A DNA stretch of 64,000 nt from Myxococcota bacterium (GTDB taxonomy: Bacteria; Myxococcota_A; UBA9042; PHBI01; JAWLBL01): NCBI GenBank assembly GCA_041687695.1, contig JAWLBL010000008.1, positions 1-64,000 on the forward strand. Reading direction: 5' to 3'. Position numbers and translations under genes: made by a program. The notes beneath the pieces are model-generated. The model had not been told where the DNA came from and did not search any database. It worked only from the letters and a program-made list of their open reading frames with translations. Of the stretch, positions 1-8,284 are shown piece after piece. How positions within the stretch are numbered: the stretch's first letter is position 1; each line of letters begins with the position of its first letter.

Positions 1-312
1 GGCCGGCTGGGATCGCCGGCTTCCAGAGGGTGTCGTCTCGATGCCGGCTGAGGCGGCCTTGGAGTGCTCCGGCTTGCCGGAGCCCCGGCCCCGGCGGCTT
101 GCCGCCGGGATCTGGCCGCCGAACCCGGCGCAGCAAGCTGCGCCGGATGGGGGCTCCACCAAGGTGGAGCACTCCGGTTGGGCATTTGCGACACCCTCTT
201 CCAGCCGGCCGGAGCCTGCTCCCACGCCCGGCTGGGCCGGCTGGGATCGCCGGCTTCCAGCCGGCCGGAGGCTGCCCCAAAGCTCGGCTGGGCCGGCTGG
301 GATCGCCGGCTT
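1..312. repeat. REP/BIME-like cluster (unit CTGGGATCGCCGGCTTCCAGCCGGCC), first unit interrupted by a MITE
   Basis: GGCCGGCTGGGATCGCCGGCTT recurs at 1, ~236 and ~291. An intact GCCGGC-TTCCA-GCCGGC palindrome lies at 249-265, with a reverse copy at 16933-16957. Confidence 0.8.
26..198 (+). mobile_element. 173-bp MITE-like element, copy 1
   Basis: Terminal inverted repeats GAGGGTGTCG...CGACACCCTC; 5-bp direct repeat TTCCA on both flanks; near-identical copies at 7289, 11401 and 16708. Confidence 0.9.
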
Positions 313-324
313 GCCTCGGTCCAG

Positions 325-376
325 AGCGCCGCGAGCGGCGCTGATCCAACGAGCCCTCGCGAGCGAGGGCACTCCA
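325..376 (+). repeat. 52-bp double-hairpin dispersed repeat
   Basis: Hairpins AGCGCCGCGAGCGGCGCT and GCCCTCGCGAGCGAGGGC; reverse-complement copy at 7207-7258 with one loop mismatch. Confidence 0.8.
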
Positions 377-399
377 TCAGCGTCGTGGGTTGCCTGGGG

Positions 400-1533
400 T
401 CACTCCCCGCCGGAGAGGCGGGCCATGAAGGCTTCCTTGCCCTGGCGCGGGGTGCGGGTGGGGCGGCCCAGGTCGTCGCGGGCGCCGGTCTTGACGCGGA
501 CCTCCAGCAGGACCGGGCCCTCGGCGGCCGCGAACTTCGGCAGCGCGTCCGCAAGCTCCTCAGGGGTGTCGGCGCGGAAGGTCTGCTTGTAGCCCGAGGC
601 CTTGGCGATGGCGCCGAAGTCGACCTCGAAGGCCACCGTGGGCTGCCCGCCCACCGAGTCGTGGGCGCCGTTGTTGAGCACGACGTGCTTGTAGTTCTTG
701 GGCCCCAGCGCCCCGATGGAGGCGAGGCCCCCCATGTGCATGAGCACCGCGCCGTCGCCGTCGAGGCACACCACCTGCCGCTCGGGCCGCTGCAGCGCGA
801 TGCCCAGCGCTATCTGCGAGGCGTGCCCCATCGAGCCGACCGTCAGGAAGTCGGTGTCGTGCGGCTGCCCGCGCTGCGCCCGGTACTCGAACAGCTCGCG
901 CGCCGGCATGCCGGTCGTCGCCACGATGTGCACGTCGCGCCCCAGCGCGTCCGCCACCTGCACGATGGCCTGCTCGCGGGTCATCGGGTAGGGCGCCGTG
1001 CGGCCCTTCTGCAGCTTGTACTTGGCGAAGGTGCCTTTTTTGACCAGCAGCGCGTAGGGGGCGTTGGTCTCCTTCATGGTCTCGACGGCGGTCGCGACCA
1101 CCTGGCGCGCCTCGTCGATGTCGTCGGGCAGCACCGCGTAGCGCAGCCCCAGGCTCTCGACCGCCGGCACCATCACCTTGCCCATCTTGACGTGCTGCGG
1201 CTCGTCCTTGACGCCCGGCTCGCCGCGCCAGCCCACGATCATCAGCATCGGGATGGCGTAGACCTCCTCGTCGGCGAGCGAGGTCAGCGGGTTGACGATG
1301 TTCCCGAAGCCCGAGTTCTGCATGTAGACGACGCCCACCTTGCCCGTGGCCAGGTGGTAGCCGGCCGCCAGGGCGACGGCGCTGCCCTCGTTGGCCGTGA
1401 TGACGTTGTCCTTGGGGTCGGTGTGATCGGTGACGTAGGCGCAGAAGTCTTTCAGCAGCGAGTCGGGCACGCCCGCATAGAAGGTGATGTCGTGCGCGGC
1501 GAGGGCGTCGTAGAGCTGCTTGCAGTCGAGCAA
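400..1533 (-). CDS. aepY: Phosphonopyruvate decarboxylase (TPP-dependent)
   Basis: Motifs GVPDSLLK, ANEGSAVALAAG, YMQNSGFGN, GWRGEPGVKDEPQH, GSMGHAS, DGDGA...NNGAHDSVGGQPT; TTG start preceded by AAGGAGG. Confidence 0.9.
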   Translation of the reverse strand: MLDCKQLYDALAAHDITFYAGVPDSLLKDFCAYVTDHTDPKDNVITANEGSAVALAAGYHLATGKVGVVYMQNSGFGNIVNPLTSLADEEVYAIPMLMIVGWRGEPGVKDEPQHVKMGKVMVPAVESLGLRYAVLPDDIDEARQVVATAVETMKETNAPYALLVKKGTFAKYKLQKGRTAPYPMTREQAIVQVADALGRDVHIVATTGMPARELFEYRAQRGQPHDTDFLTVGSMGHASQIALGIALQRPERQVVCLDGDGAVLMHMGGLASIGALGPKNYKHVVLNNGAHDSVGGQPTVAFEVDFGAIAKASGYKQTFRADTPEELADALPKFAAAEGPVLLEVRVKTGARDDLGRPTRTPRQGKEAFMARLSGGE

Positions 1534-1735
1534 GGTCGCCTCCTTCGGCGGGCGGATGATGTCGGGGAGCCGGGCTGCGCCCGCGGGGCCACGCCGAGGG
1601 GCGGGCGACACCGCGGGGCTCACGGGCCGGCCTGGTTGCCAGCTAAACACCCGTGGGGCTAGAAACGTCCGGCGGAGGGCAGGTGATAGGACTAATGCGG
1701 CGAGACGGCAAGGGCCGGCTGGGGGGCGACGCAGG

Positions 1736-2212
1736 ATGACGGACCTGGTGCGACGCCTGGTGCGGCCCACCCGCGGCGAGCGGCGCCGGCTGCTGGTCGT
1801 GTTCGACGCCATCCTGCCCGCGGGGGCCGACCCGCGGCTGCCCCTGGGGGCGCGCGATCTGCCGCTCGAGCGCTTCCTGCAGGACCTGGGGCAGCGAGCG
1901 CCGACCCGGGCGCTGCTGGGGCTGCGGCTGGTCCTGTGGCTGGTGTGGCTGGGGCCGCTGCCCATCCTGGGGCGGCCGCGCACCTTCGCCGGCCTTGGCG
2001 AGGACCAGCGGGTCGCCCTGCTGGACGCGCTGGCCCGCAGCCGCTCCTACGTGCTGCGCGAGGCGCCGATGCTCCTCAAGACCCTGGCCTGCCTGGGCTA
2101 CTGCGGGCACCCCGACGTGCACGCGGCCATCGGCCTGACCTCGCGCGACGCGACGCCGCCCGCCTGGGCGGCCGCCGAGGGCCCCCAGCGCGCCCCCGGG
2201 AGCGGCCGATGA
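1736..2212 (+). CDS. Hypothetical protein, probable small partner subunit of the GMC oxidoreductase
   Basis: ATG after AGG; stop overlaps the GMC start (ATGA); RTFAGL...LLKTLACLGYC pattern typical of such partner proteins. Confidence 0.6.
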   Translation: MTDLVRRLVRPTRGERRRLLVVFDAILPAGADPRLPLGARDLPLERFLQDLGQRAPTRALLGLRLVLWLVWLGPLPILGRPRTFAGLGEDQRVALLDALARSRSYVLREAPMLLKTLACLGYCGHPDVHAAIGLTSRDATPPAWAAAEGPQRAPGSGR

Positions 2213-3765
2213 GCGGGGCGCTGCTGCAGATCGGCGACGTGGTGGCGGCAGGCCGGCGGGTCGAGGACTCGGCCGACGTGGTGGTGGTCGGCAGCGGGGC
2301 GGCCGGGGCGACCGTCGCGCGGGTGCTGACCGAGCTGGGCGTGGACGTGATCGTGGTCGAGGAGGGCCCGCGGGTGCCCGACGAGGCGCTGCGGGCCGAC
2401 GTCTACTCGGGCTTTCGCAGCGTCTGGCGCGACGCGGGCATGCAGGTGGCCGAGGGCAAGGCCTTCATGCCGGTCCTGCAGGCGCGCTGCGTCGGCGGCA
2501 CCACCGCCATCAACGGCGCCATCATCCACCGGATGCCCGAGGCCATCCACGCCGCGTGGGTGCGCGAGCACGGGCTGGGCGACGCGCTACCGTGGGAGGC
2601 GCTGCACCGCGTCTGGGACACCCTGGACCGCGAGCTGCACGTCGGGCCGGCGCCCGAGGCCGTGCGCGGCGACAACAACCGCCTGATGGAGCGCGGGCTG
2701 ACCGCCCTGGGGCTGACCAGCAACCCCATCCGCCGCAACGTCCACGACTGCCAGGGCACGGCGCGCTGCCTGCAGGGCTGCCCGACCGGGCGGCGGCAGA
2801 GCATGAACGTCAGCTACGTTCCGCGGGCCATCCGGCAGGGCGCGCGCGTGTACGCCACCGCGCGCATGGAGCGGCTCGAGACGGCCGGCGGGCGCGCCGC
2901 CGGGGTGCGCGGCCGCTTCGTCGACCCCGAAAGCGGCCGCCCGGGGCCCGAGTTCGTCTTTCGGGCGCGGCGCGCGGTGGTGCTGGCCGCCAGCGCCATC
3001 CAGACGCCGCTGCTCCTGGCGCGCGCCGGGGTCGGCCGACGCTCCGGCCTGGTCGGACGGCGGTTCCAGGCCCACCCGGGCGCGGCGGTGCTGGGCGTGT
3101 TCGACCAGCCGGTGCGCATGTGGGAGGGGGCCACCCAGGGGCACGAGTCGACCCACTTCTGGCACGAGCGCATGAAGTTCGAGTCGCTGGCGCTGCCGCC
3201 CGAGATCGGTGCCGTGCGCCTGCCGGGGCACGGGCGCGCCCTGATGCGCCAGCTGGCCGACTACCAGCACGTCGCGCAGTGGGGCGTGCAGATCCGCGCC
3301 CACGCCCACGGCCGGGTCTTGCGCGGCCTGACCGGCCGCACCGTCATCAAGTACGGCCTGACCCCCGAGGACGTGCGCCTGATGAAGACGGGCCTGACCC
3401 GGCTCACCGAGATGATGTTCGCCGCCGGCGCGCGCGAGGTGCTGCCCGGCCTGCCCGGGCTGCCCGACCGCATCACCTCGCCCGACCCGATGCGGCGCCT
3501 GACCGAGCTGCCCGACGACCCGCGGCTGTTCCACGCCATCGCCGCCCACCTGTTCGGCACCGCCGTCATGGGCCCCGACCCGCGGACCAGCGTGGTCGCG
3601 CCGACCGGCGAGGCCCACGAGCTGCCGGGGCTGTTCGTCGCCGACTCGTCGATCTTCCCCACCAACCTGGGGGTCAACCCGCAGCACACCATCAGCGCGG
3701 TGGCCTGGCTGATGGCCGAGCGCATCGCCGACGCCGGCGCGGCGGGCGGTCTCGCGGCGGCCTGA
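2209..3765 (+). CDS. GMC family FAD oxidoreductase
   Basis: DVVVVGSGAAG FAD motif, VGGTTAING, CxGxxxCxxGC, AHLFGT, DSSIFPTNLGVNPQHTI. Confidence 0.9.
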   Translation: MSGALLQIGDVVAAGRRVEDSADVVVVGSGAAGATVARVLTELGVDVIVVEEGPRVPDEALRADVYSGFRSVWRDAGMQVAEGKAFMPVLQARCVGGTTAINGAIIHRMPEAIHAAWVREHGLGDALPWEALHRVWDTLDRELHVGPAPEAVRGDNNRLMERGLTALGLTSNPIRRNVHDCQGTARCLQGCPTGRRQSMNVSYVPRAIRQGARVYATARMERLETAGGRAAGVRGRFVDPESGRPGPEFVFRARRAVVLAASAIQTPLLLARAGVGRRSGLVGRRFQAHPGAAVLGVFDQPVRMWEGATQGHESTHFWHERMKFESLALPPEIGAVRLPGHGRALMRQLADYQHVAQWGVQIRAHAHGRVLRGLTGRTVIKYGLTPEDVRLMKTGLTRLTEMMFAAGAREVLPGLPGLPDRITSPDPMRRLTELPDDPRLFHAIAAHLFGTAVMGPDPRTSVVAPTGEAHELPGLFVADSSIFPTNLGVNPQHTISAVAWLMAERIADAGAAGGLAAA

Positions 3766-3787
3766 CGGCGGCGCCGCCTGGGCGAGG

Positions 3788-4345
3788 CTGGGGTCGAGGG
3801 TGCTCGGCGACCAGTCGGATCAGGGCGAGGGCAGGGTCGAGGGTGCTCCGAGGTGATCGCGATCAGCCGAGGGGCAGGGTCGACAGTGGTCCCCAGGTGA
3901 TCGCGATCAGCTGCGGGCAGGGTCGAGGGTGCTCCGAGGTGATCGCGATCAGCCGAGGGGCAGGGTCGACAGTGGTCCCCAGGTGATCGCGATCAGCTGC
4001 GGGCAGGGTCGACAGTGCCCTCGAGGTGATCGCGATCGGCCGAGGGGCAGGGTCGACAGTGGTCCCCAGGTGATCGCGATCAGCTGCGAGCAGGGTCGAC
4101 AGTGCCCCCGAGGCGATCGCGATCGGTAGCGGGCAGGGTCGACAGTGGTCCCCAGGTGATCGCGATCGGTTGCGGGCAGGGTCGACAGTGCCCCCGAGGT
4201 GATCGCGATCGGTAGCGGGCAGGGTCGACAGTGACCCCCAAGCGATCGCGATCGGCCGCGGGCAGGGTCGACAGTGGCCCCGAGGCGATCGCGCTGGATC
4301 GCGGGCAGGGTCGAGGGTGGCCCCGAGGCGATCGAGGGGCGGCGA
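3788..4345. repeat. Tandem array of ~12 x 43-bp units with GATCGCGATC palindrome
   Basis: GCAGGGTCGA recurs every ~43 bp from 3831 to 4305; consensus GGCAGGGTCGACAGTGGTCCCCAGGTGATCGCGATCAGCTGCG; lies between convergent genes. Confidence 0.95.
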
Positions 4346-4369
4346 GGTGGCCCTCGAGGGTCGCGGCGG

Positions 4370-5224
4370 TCAGCTGGCGGCGCGGGAGGGCTCGGTCGCG
4401 CGCAGGAAGGCGGCGATCCGGTCCATCGCCTCGCTGGTCGAGGGGCGGCGGGCGTCGTTGACGAAGCCGTGCTCCTCGCCCTCGAGGGTGAACAGCTCGG
4501 TCGGGCGGCCCAGGGCGGCACGCGCGGCGGCCAGGCGCTGGGCGTGCTCGAGCGGGACCATGGCGTCGCCGGTGCCGTGGACGAGCAAGAGCGGCGCCGG
4601 GAAGTCGGCGTGGGCGACCGGCGAGCGGGCGGCCCAGACGGCGCGGTCGTCGGTGCGCAGCAAGAGGCGGCGCATCAGGCTGGCCAGGCGGCCGCCGGTC
4701 CAGGTGAAGTCGTACAGGCCGTACAGGCCCACCACGCGGGCGAAGGCGCCGTGCGGGGCGGCGGCGGCGTGCAGCAGGGCCAGGGCGCCGCCGGCGCTGA
4801 GGCCGAGGATCGAGACCTGGTCCGGGTCGAGCGCGAAGCGCCCCGCCTGCCCGCGCCACCAGGCGTCCGCGGCGGCCACGTCGTCCAGGGCCTCGTCGAG
4901 GCCGCCGCCGCGCAGGATGAGGCGGTAGTCCAGCGAGGCCACGGCGAAGCCGGCCTCGGCCAGGCGGGTGGCGATGAGGCGCACCGGCTTCATGTCGCGG
5001 GTGCCGATGACGAAGCCGCCGCCGTGGACCACCACCACCGAGGGGTGCGGGCCGGGGCCGTCGGGCAGCCACACGTCGCACAGGGGCGGCGCGCCGCGGC
5101 CGACCCGCGCCGGGCGGAAGGGCAGGGCGCGCGCGGCGGCGGGGCGCTGGGAGTAGCCGGGGGGAGTGGCCAGGAGCCAGAGCGCGCGGAGGATGCCGGC
5201 GCCAGGGGGTGGTGCTGCGTTCAT
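4370..5224 (-). CDS. Alpha/beta hydrolase (HSL-like esterase)
   Basis: HGGGF oxyanion motif, GLSAGG nucleophile elbow, HGTGD, HGF. Confidence 0.85.
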   Translation of the reverse strand: MNAAPPPGAGILRALWLLATPPGYSQRPAAARALPFRPARVGRGAPPLCDVWLPDGPGPHPSVVVVHGGGFVIGTRDMKPVRLIATRLAEAGFAVASLDYRLILRGGGLDEALDDVAAADAWWRGQAGRFALDPDQVSILGLSAGGALALLHAAAAPHGAFARVVGLYGLYDFTWTGGRLASLMRRLLLRTDDRAVWAARSPVAHADFPAPLLLVHGTGDAMVPLEHAQRLAAARAALGRPTELFTLEGEEHGFVNDARRPSTSEAMDRIAAFLRATEPSRAAS

Positions 5225-5321
5225 GGCCGGGGACGCTAGCACACCGGCGGCTGGGGCGTGGACCGGATCGCGCCGTCTGGCGGCTTGTGCCGGGGGCGGG
5301 GCGGTGCTTCACTCGGCCGCC

Positions 5322-6026
5322 ATGAGCGACGCGGGCGATGGCGAGCTTTGGTATTTCGCGTACGGGGCCAACATGTGCCCCGACGTGCTGCGGACGCGGC
5401 GCGGGCTGCGGCCGGCCTCCAGCGAGCCCGCCTGCCTCGAGGGGTTCCGCCTGGTGTTCGATCAGCCGGGCATCCCGCTGCTCGAGCCGGCCTTCGCCAA
5501 CGTGCGGCCCGAGGCGGGCGCCTGCGTGCACGGGGTGCTGCACCGCCTGACCTGCGCGCAGCTGGCCGAGCTGGACCGCTTCGAGGGCGGCGGCCACGCC
5601 TACGAGCACCTGGTCGCGACGGTGGTCGGGGCGCGCTCGGGCCCGGTCGAGGCGCACCTGTACCGCAGCCGCCGCACCGAGCGCGGGCTCAAGCCGTCGC
5701 GCCGCTACCTCGAGATCCTGTGCGCCGGCGCCCGCGCCCATGGCCTGCCCGACGACTACGTCCGCGCCCTGGCCGCGACCGACACCACGCACCTGCCGCT
5801 GCTGTCGCGCGCGTCGCCGCGCCTCATCGCCTTCTTCGACCGGCTGCACCAGCGCGGCGCCAACCTGGTCCCCGTCTTCGAAGCCATGTGGCGGCTGCGG
5901 GCGCGCCTGCGCGGCGAGGACCCGCGCCGGATCGACCGGGACCGCGAGCCCGCCGCCCCAGACACGATCGCCACGACCGACACGACCGACACTGGCGACG
6001 CTGGTCGCCAAGGGACCGCCCGATGA
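5322..6026 (+). CDS. Gamma-glutamylcyclotransferase family protein
   Basis: WYFAYGANM, VHGVLH, LDRFEG, PSRRYL...GARAHGLP motifs. Confidence 0.85.
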   Translation: MSDAGDGELWYFAYGANMCPDVLRTRRGLRPASSEPACLEGFRLVFDQPGIPLLEPAFANVRPEAGACVHGVLHRLTCAQLAELDRFEGGGHAYEHLVATVVGARSGPVEAHLYRSRRTERGLKPSRRYLEILCAGARAHGLPDDYVRALAATDTTHLPLLSRASPRLIAFFDRLHQRGANLVPVFEAMWRLRARLRGEDPRRIDRDREPAAPDTIATTDTTDTGDAGRQGTAR

Positions 6027-7141
6027 CCACCTCCGCCACCCGCTATCTGACCTTCGTCGGGGTCACCCCCGGCCTCGAGGAGGCGCTGGCCGCCGAGCTC
6101 GAGGCGCTGGAGCTGGGCGCGCCCAAGCGGCTCGAGGGTGGGGTCGAGCTGCGGGTCCCCCGCGAGGGGCTGTGGCGCGTGGCGCGCTGGAGCCGGCTGG
6201 CCGAGTCGCTGCGGGTGCGGGTGGGGCGCTTCGAGGCCAAGAGCTTCGCCGAGCTGGAGGACCGGCTGGGGCGGCTGCCGTGGGCCGCCTACCTGCCGGG
6301 CGCCGGGGGCGAGGTGCGCGCGACCTGCCGCAAGTCGCGGCTGTACCACTCGGACGCGGTGGTCGAGCGGGCGCGGCGGGTGCTGCAGGGGCGCCTGGGG
6401 TCGAGCGCGCCGGGGCCGGCGGTGCACCTGCGGCTGGACCACGACGAGGTGACGGTCAGCGTCGACGCCGCGGGCGAGCGCCTGCACAAGCGCGGCTGGC
6501 GGCAGGACGTGGGCGCGGCGCCGCTGCGCGAGACGCTGGCCGCGGCGTGCCTGCGGCTGTCGGGCTGGGCGCCGGGGCAGACGCTGTGGGACCCCTTCTG
6601 CGGCTCGGGGACGCTGGTGGTCGAGGCGGCGGCCATGGCGGCCGGCCTGCCGGCGCCCACGGCCGAGCGGGGCTTCGCCTTCGAGCTGTGGCCCACCCAC
6701 GACGCGGCCGCCTATGCCGCCTTCGTGGGCGCCGAGCCGCCGCCGCGGCCCGCCGGCCTGGTCGCGACCGGCTCGGACCTGAACCCCGCCGAGATCGAGG
6801 CGGCCCGGCGCAACGCCGAGCGGGCCGGCGTGACCGCCCACGTGAGCCTGCTGGCCGGCGACGTCGCCGAGGCCGGCAAGCAGGTGGGGCCGGTCGACTT
6901 CATCGTCAGCAACCTGCCCTACGGCGAGCGCACCCGGGCGGTGGATCTCCAGGACGCCTGGCGCCGGCTGGGGCAGGCGGTGAAGACCCGGCAGGGGCAG
7001 GGGCTGCGGGGGGCGGCGCTGCTGACCGGCGCCGACACCGCCGAGCGGCTGGCCCGCTCGGCCGGGCTGGCGCTGCGGCCGCTGGCGCGCTTTTCCAACC
7101 GCGGCCTGCCGGTGGTGCTGCTGGGCCTGGGCCGGCCCTAG
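6023..7141 (+). CDS. THUMP-domain class I RNA methyltransferase (RlmL-like)
   Basis: PGLEEAL, LHKRGWR, APLRETLAAA, DPFCGSGT, SNLPYGER. Confidence 0.85.
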   Translation: MTTSATRYLTFVGVTPGLEEALAAELEALELGAPKRLEGGVELRVPREGLWRVARWSRLAESLRVRVGRFEAKSFAELEDRLGRLPWAAYLPGAGGEVRATCRKSRLYHSDAVVERARRVLQGRLGSSAPGPAVHLRLDHDEVTVSVDAAGERLHKRGWRQDVGAAPLRETLAAACLRLSGWAPGQTLWDPFCGSGTLVVEAAAMAAGLPAPTAERGFAFELWPTHDAAAYAAFVGAEPPPRPAGLVATGSDLNPAEIEAARRNAERAGVTAHVSLLAGDVAEAGKQVGPVDFIVSNLPYGERTRAVDLQDAWRRLGQAVKTRQGQGLRGAALLTGADTAERLARSAGLALRPLARFSNRGLPVVLLGLGRP

Positions 7142-7206
7142 GCGCGGCCGTCTGGAAGGTAGCGAGGTATGCAAGCCCCGATTCCAGCCAGCAATGCGGC
7201 GCCCGT

Positions 7207-7258
7207 TGGAGTGCCCTCGCTTGCGAGGGCTCGTTGGATCAGCGCCGCTCGCGGCGCT
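7207..7258 (-). repeat. 52-bp double-hairpin dispersed repeat, copy 2
   Basis: Reverse complement of 325-376. Confidence 0.8.
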
Positions 7259-7288
7259 TGATCGGCGACGCATCGGGGCCGGTCGAAA

Positions 7289-7461
7289 GAGGATGTCGCA
7301 ACAGCCCAACCGGAGTGCTCCACCTTGGTGGAGCCCCCATTCGGTGCAGCTTGCTGCGCCGGGTTTGGCGGCCAGATCCCGGCGGCAAGCCGCCGGGGCC
7401 GGGGCTCCGGCAAGCCGGAGCACTCCAAGGCCGCCTCCGCCGGCATCGATACGACACCCCC
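7289..7461 (-). mobile_element. 173-bp MITE-like element, copy 2 (inverted)
   Basis: Ends GAGGATGTCG...CGACACCCCC; CGAAA on both flanks; target GCCGGT-CGAAA-GCCGGC. Confidence 0.9.
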
Positions 7462-7532
7462 CGAAAGCCGGCGATCCCAGGTGGGGCGCTGAGGTGCGCG
7501 GGGGCGACGATGGTCGGCGGACCCGCAGAGCG

Positions 7533-8234
7533 TCAGGGGCCGTCGCCGGGGTGGGTCGAGATCTCGATGAGGCCCCACGAGTTCGCGCCGTGGTTGGACA
7601 GGTGATACCAGATGGGGGTGCCGGCCGGGATGGCGTAGGGGACGTGGAAGCGCTCGTAGATGAGGCCGGCGGTAGAGGGCACCGGGCGGGTGACGTCCCA
7701 CAGCGGGCGGGCCTGGTCGCCGATGGCCAGGGCCAGGGTGAAGTCGCCCTCGCCGTAGGTGATCTGGAAGTGCCAGATGCGCACGATGACCAGGGCGCCG
7801 GCCGGGACGTCGGCCAGGGTGGTCTGGCGGCCGGTGAACCAGTTGCAGGCCACGGTCTCGACGTCGAACCAGACGCCGTCCGCCTCGGGGTAGGGGCCGA
7901 ACTCGCCCGGCTCGCAGACGTCGGTCGCCTCGTGGACCAGGCAGGCCCAGGGGTCCTCGGACGGCGGGACCTGCACCCAGACGTCGTTGTCGACCAGGGC
8001 CACCGAGTCGCCGGTCAGCTTGACGTCGCTGGGCATGACGTCTCGGGGGCCGGTGCCGGCGCAGGTGTCCCAGGTCTGCTCCTCGGCATCGTCCTCGGCG
8101 GCGTCGAGGTCGGCGGCGCCGTCGAGGTCGTCGGCGTCGACCTCGTCGGCGGGGCCGGCGTCCTTCAGGGGCGGCAGGGGCGCCGTGTCACAGGCGGCGA
8201 CGAGCAGGGCGGCGAGCAGGGCGAAGCGGCGCAT
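7533..8234 (-). CDS. Hypothetical lipoprotein
   Basis: Signal peptide MRRFALLAALLVAAC (lipobox), acidic linker, globular C-terminal region ending HLSNHGANSW. Confidence 0.7.
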   Translation of the reverse strand: MRRFALLAALLVAACDTAPLPPLKDAGPADEVDADDLDGAADLDAAEDDAEEQTWDTCAGTGPRDVMPSDVKLTGDSVALVDNDVWVQVPPSEDPWACLVHEATDVCEPGEFGPYPEADGVWFDVETVACNWFTGRQTTLADVPAGALVIVRIWHFQITYGEGDFTLALAIGDQARPLWDVTRPVPSTAGLIYERFHVPYAIPAGTPIWYHLSNHGANSWGLIEISTHPGDGP

Positions 8235-8284
8235 GGCGTGACTGGTAGCGGCATCGGGCGGGCGGCGCAAGGACAGGGCGACGC

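Noticed and set aside
30..592. Recurrent peptides such as MPAEAALECSGLPEPRPRR and MLRLAGAPAPAACRRDL
   Set aside because: They are translations of the non-coding 173-bp repeat, not a gene family.
3788..4345. Possible CRISPR array
   Set aside because: Units are contiguous with no unique spacers, and there are no cas genes in the window.
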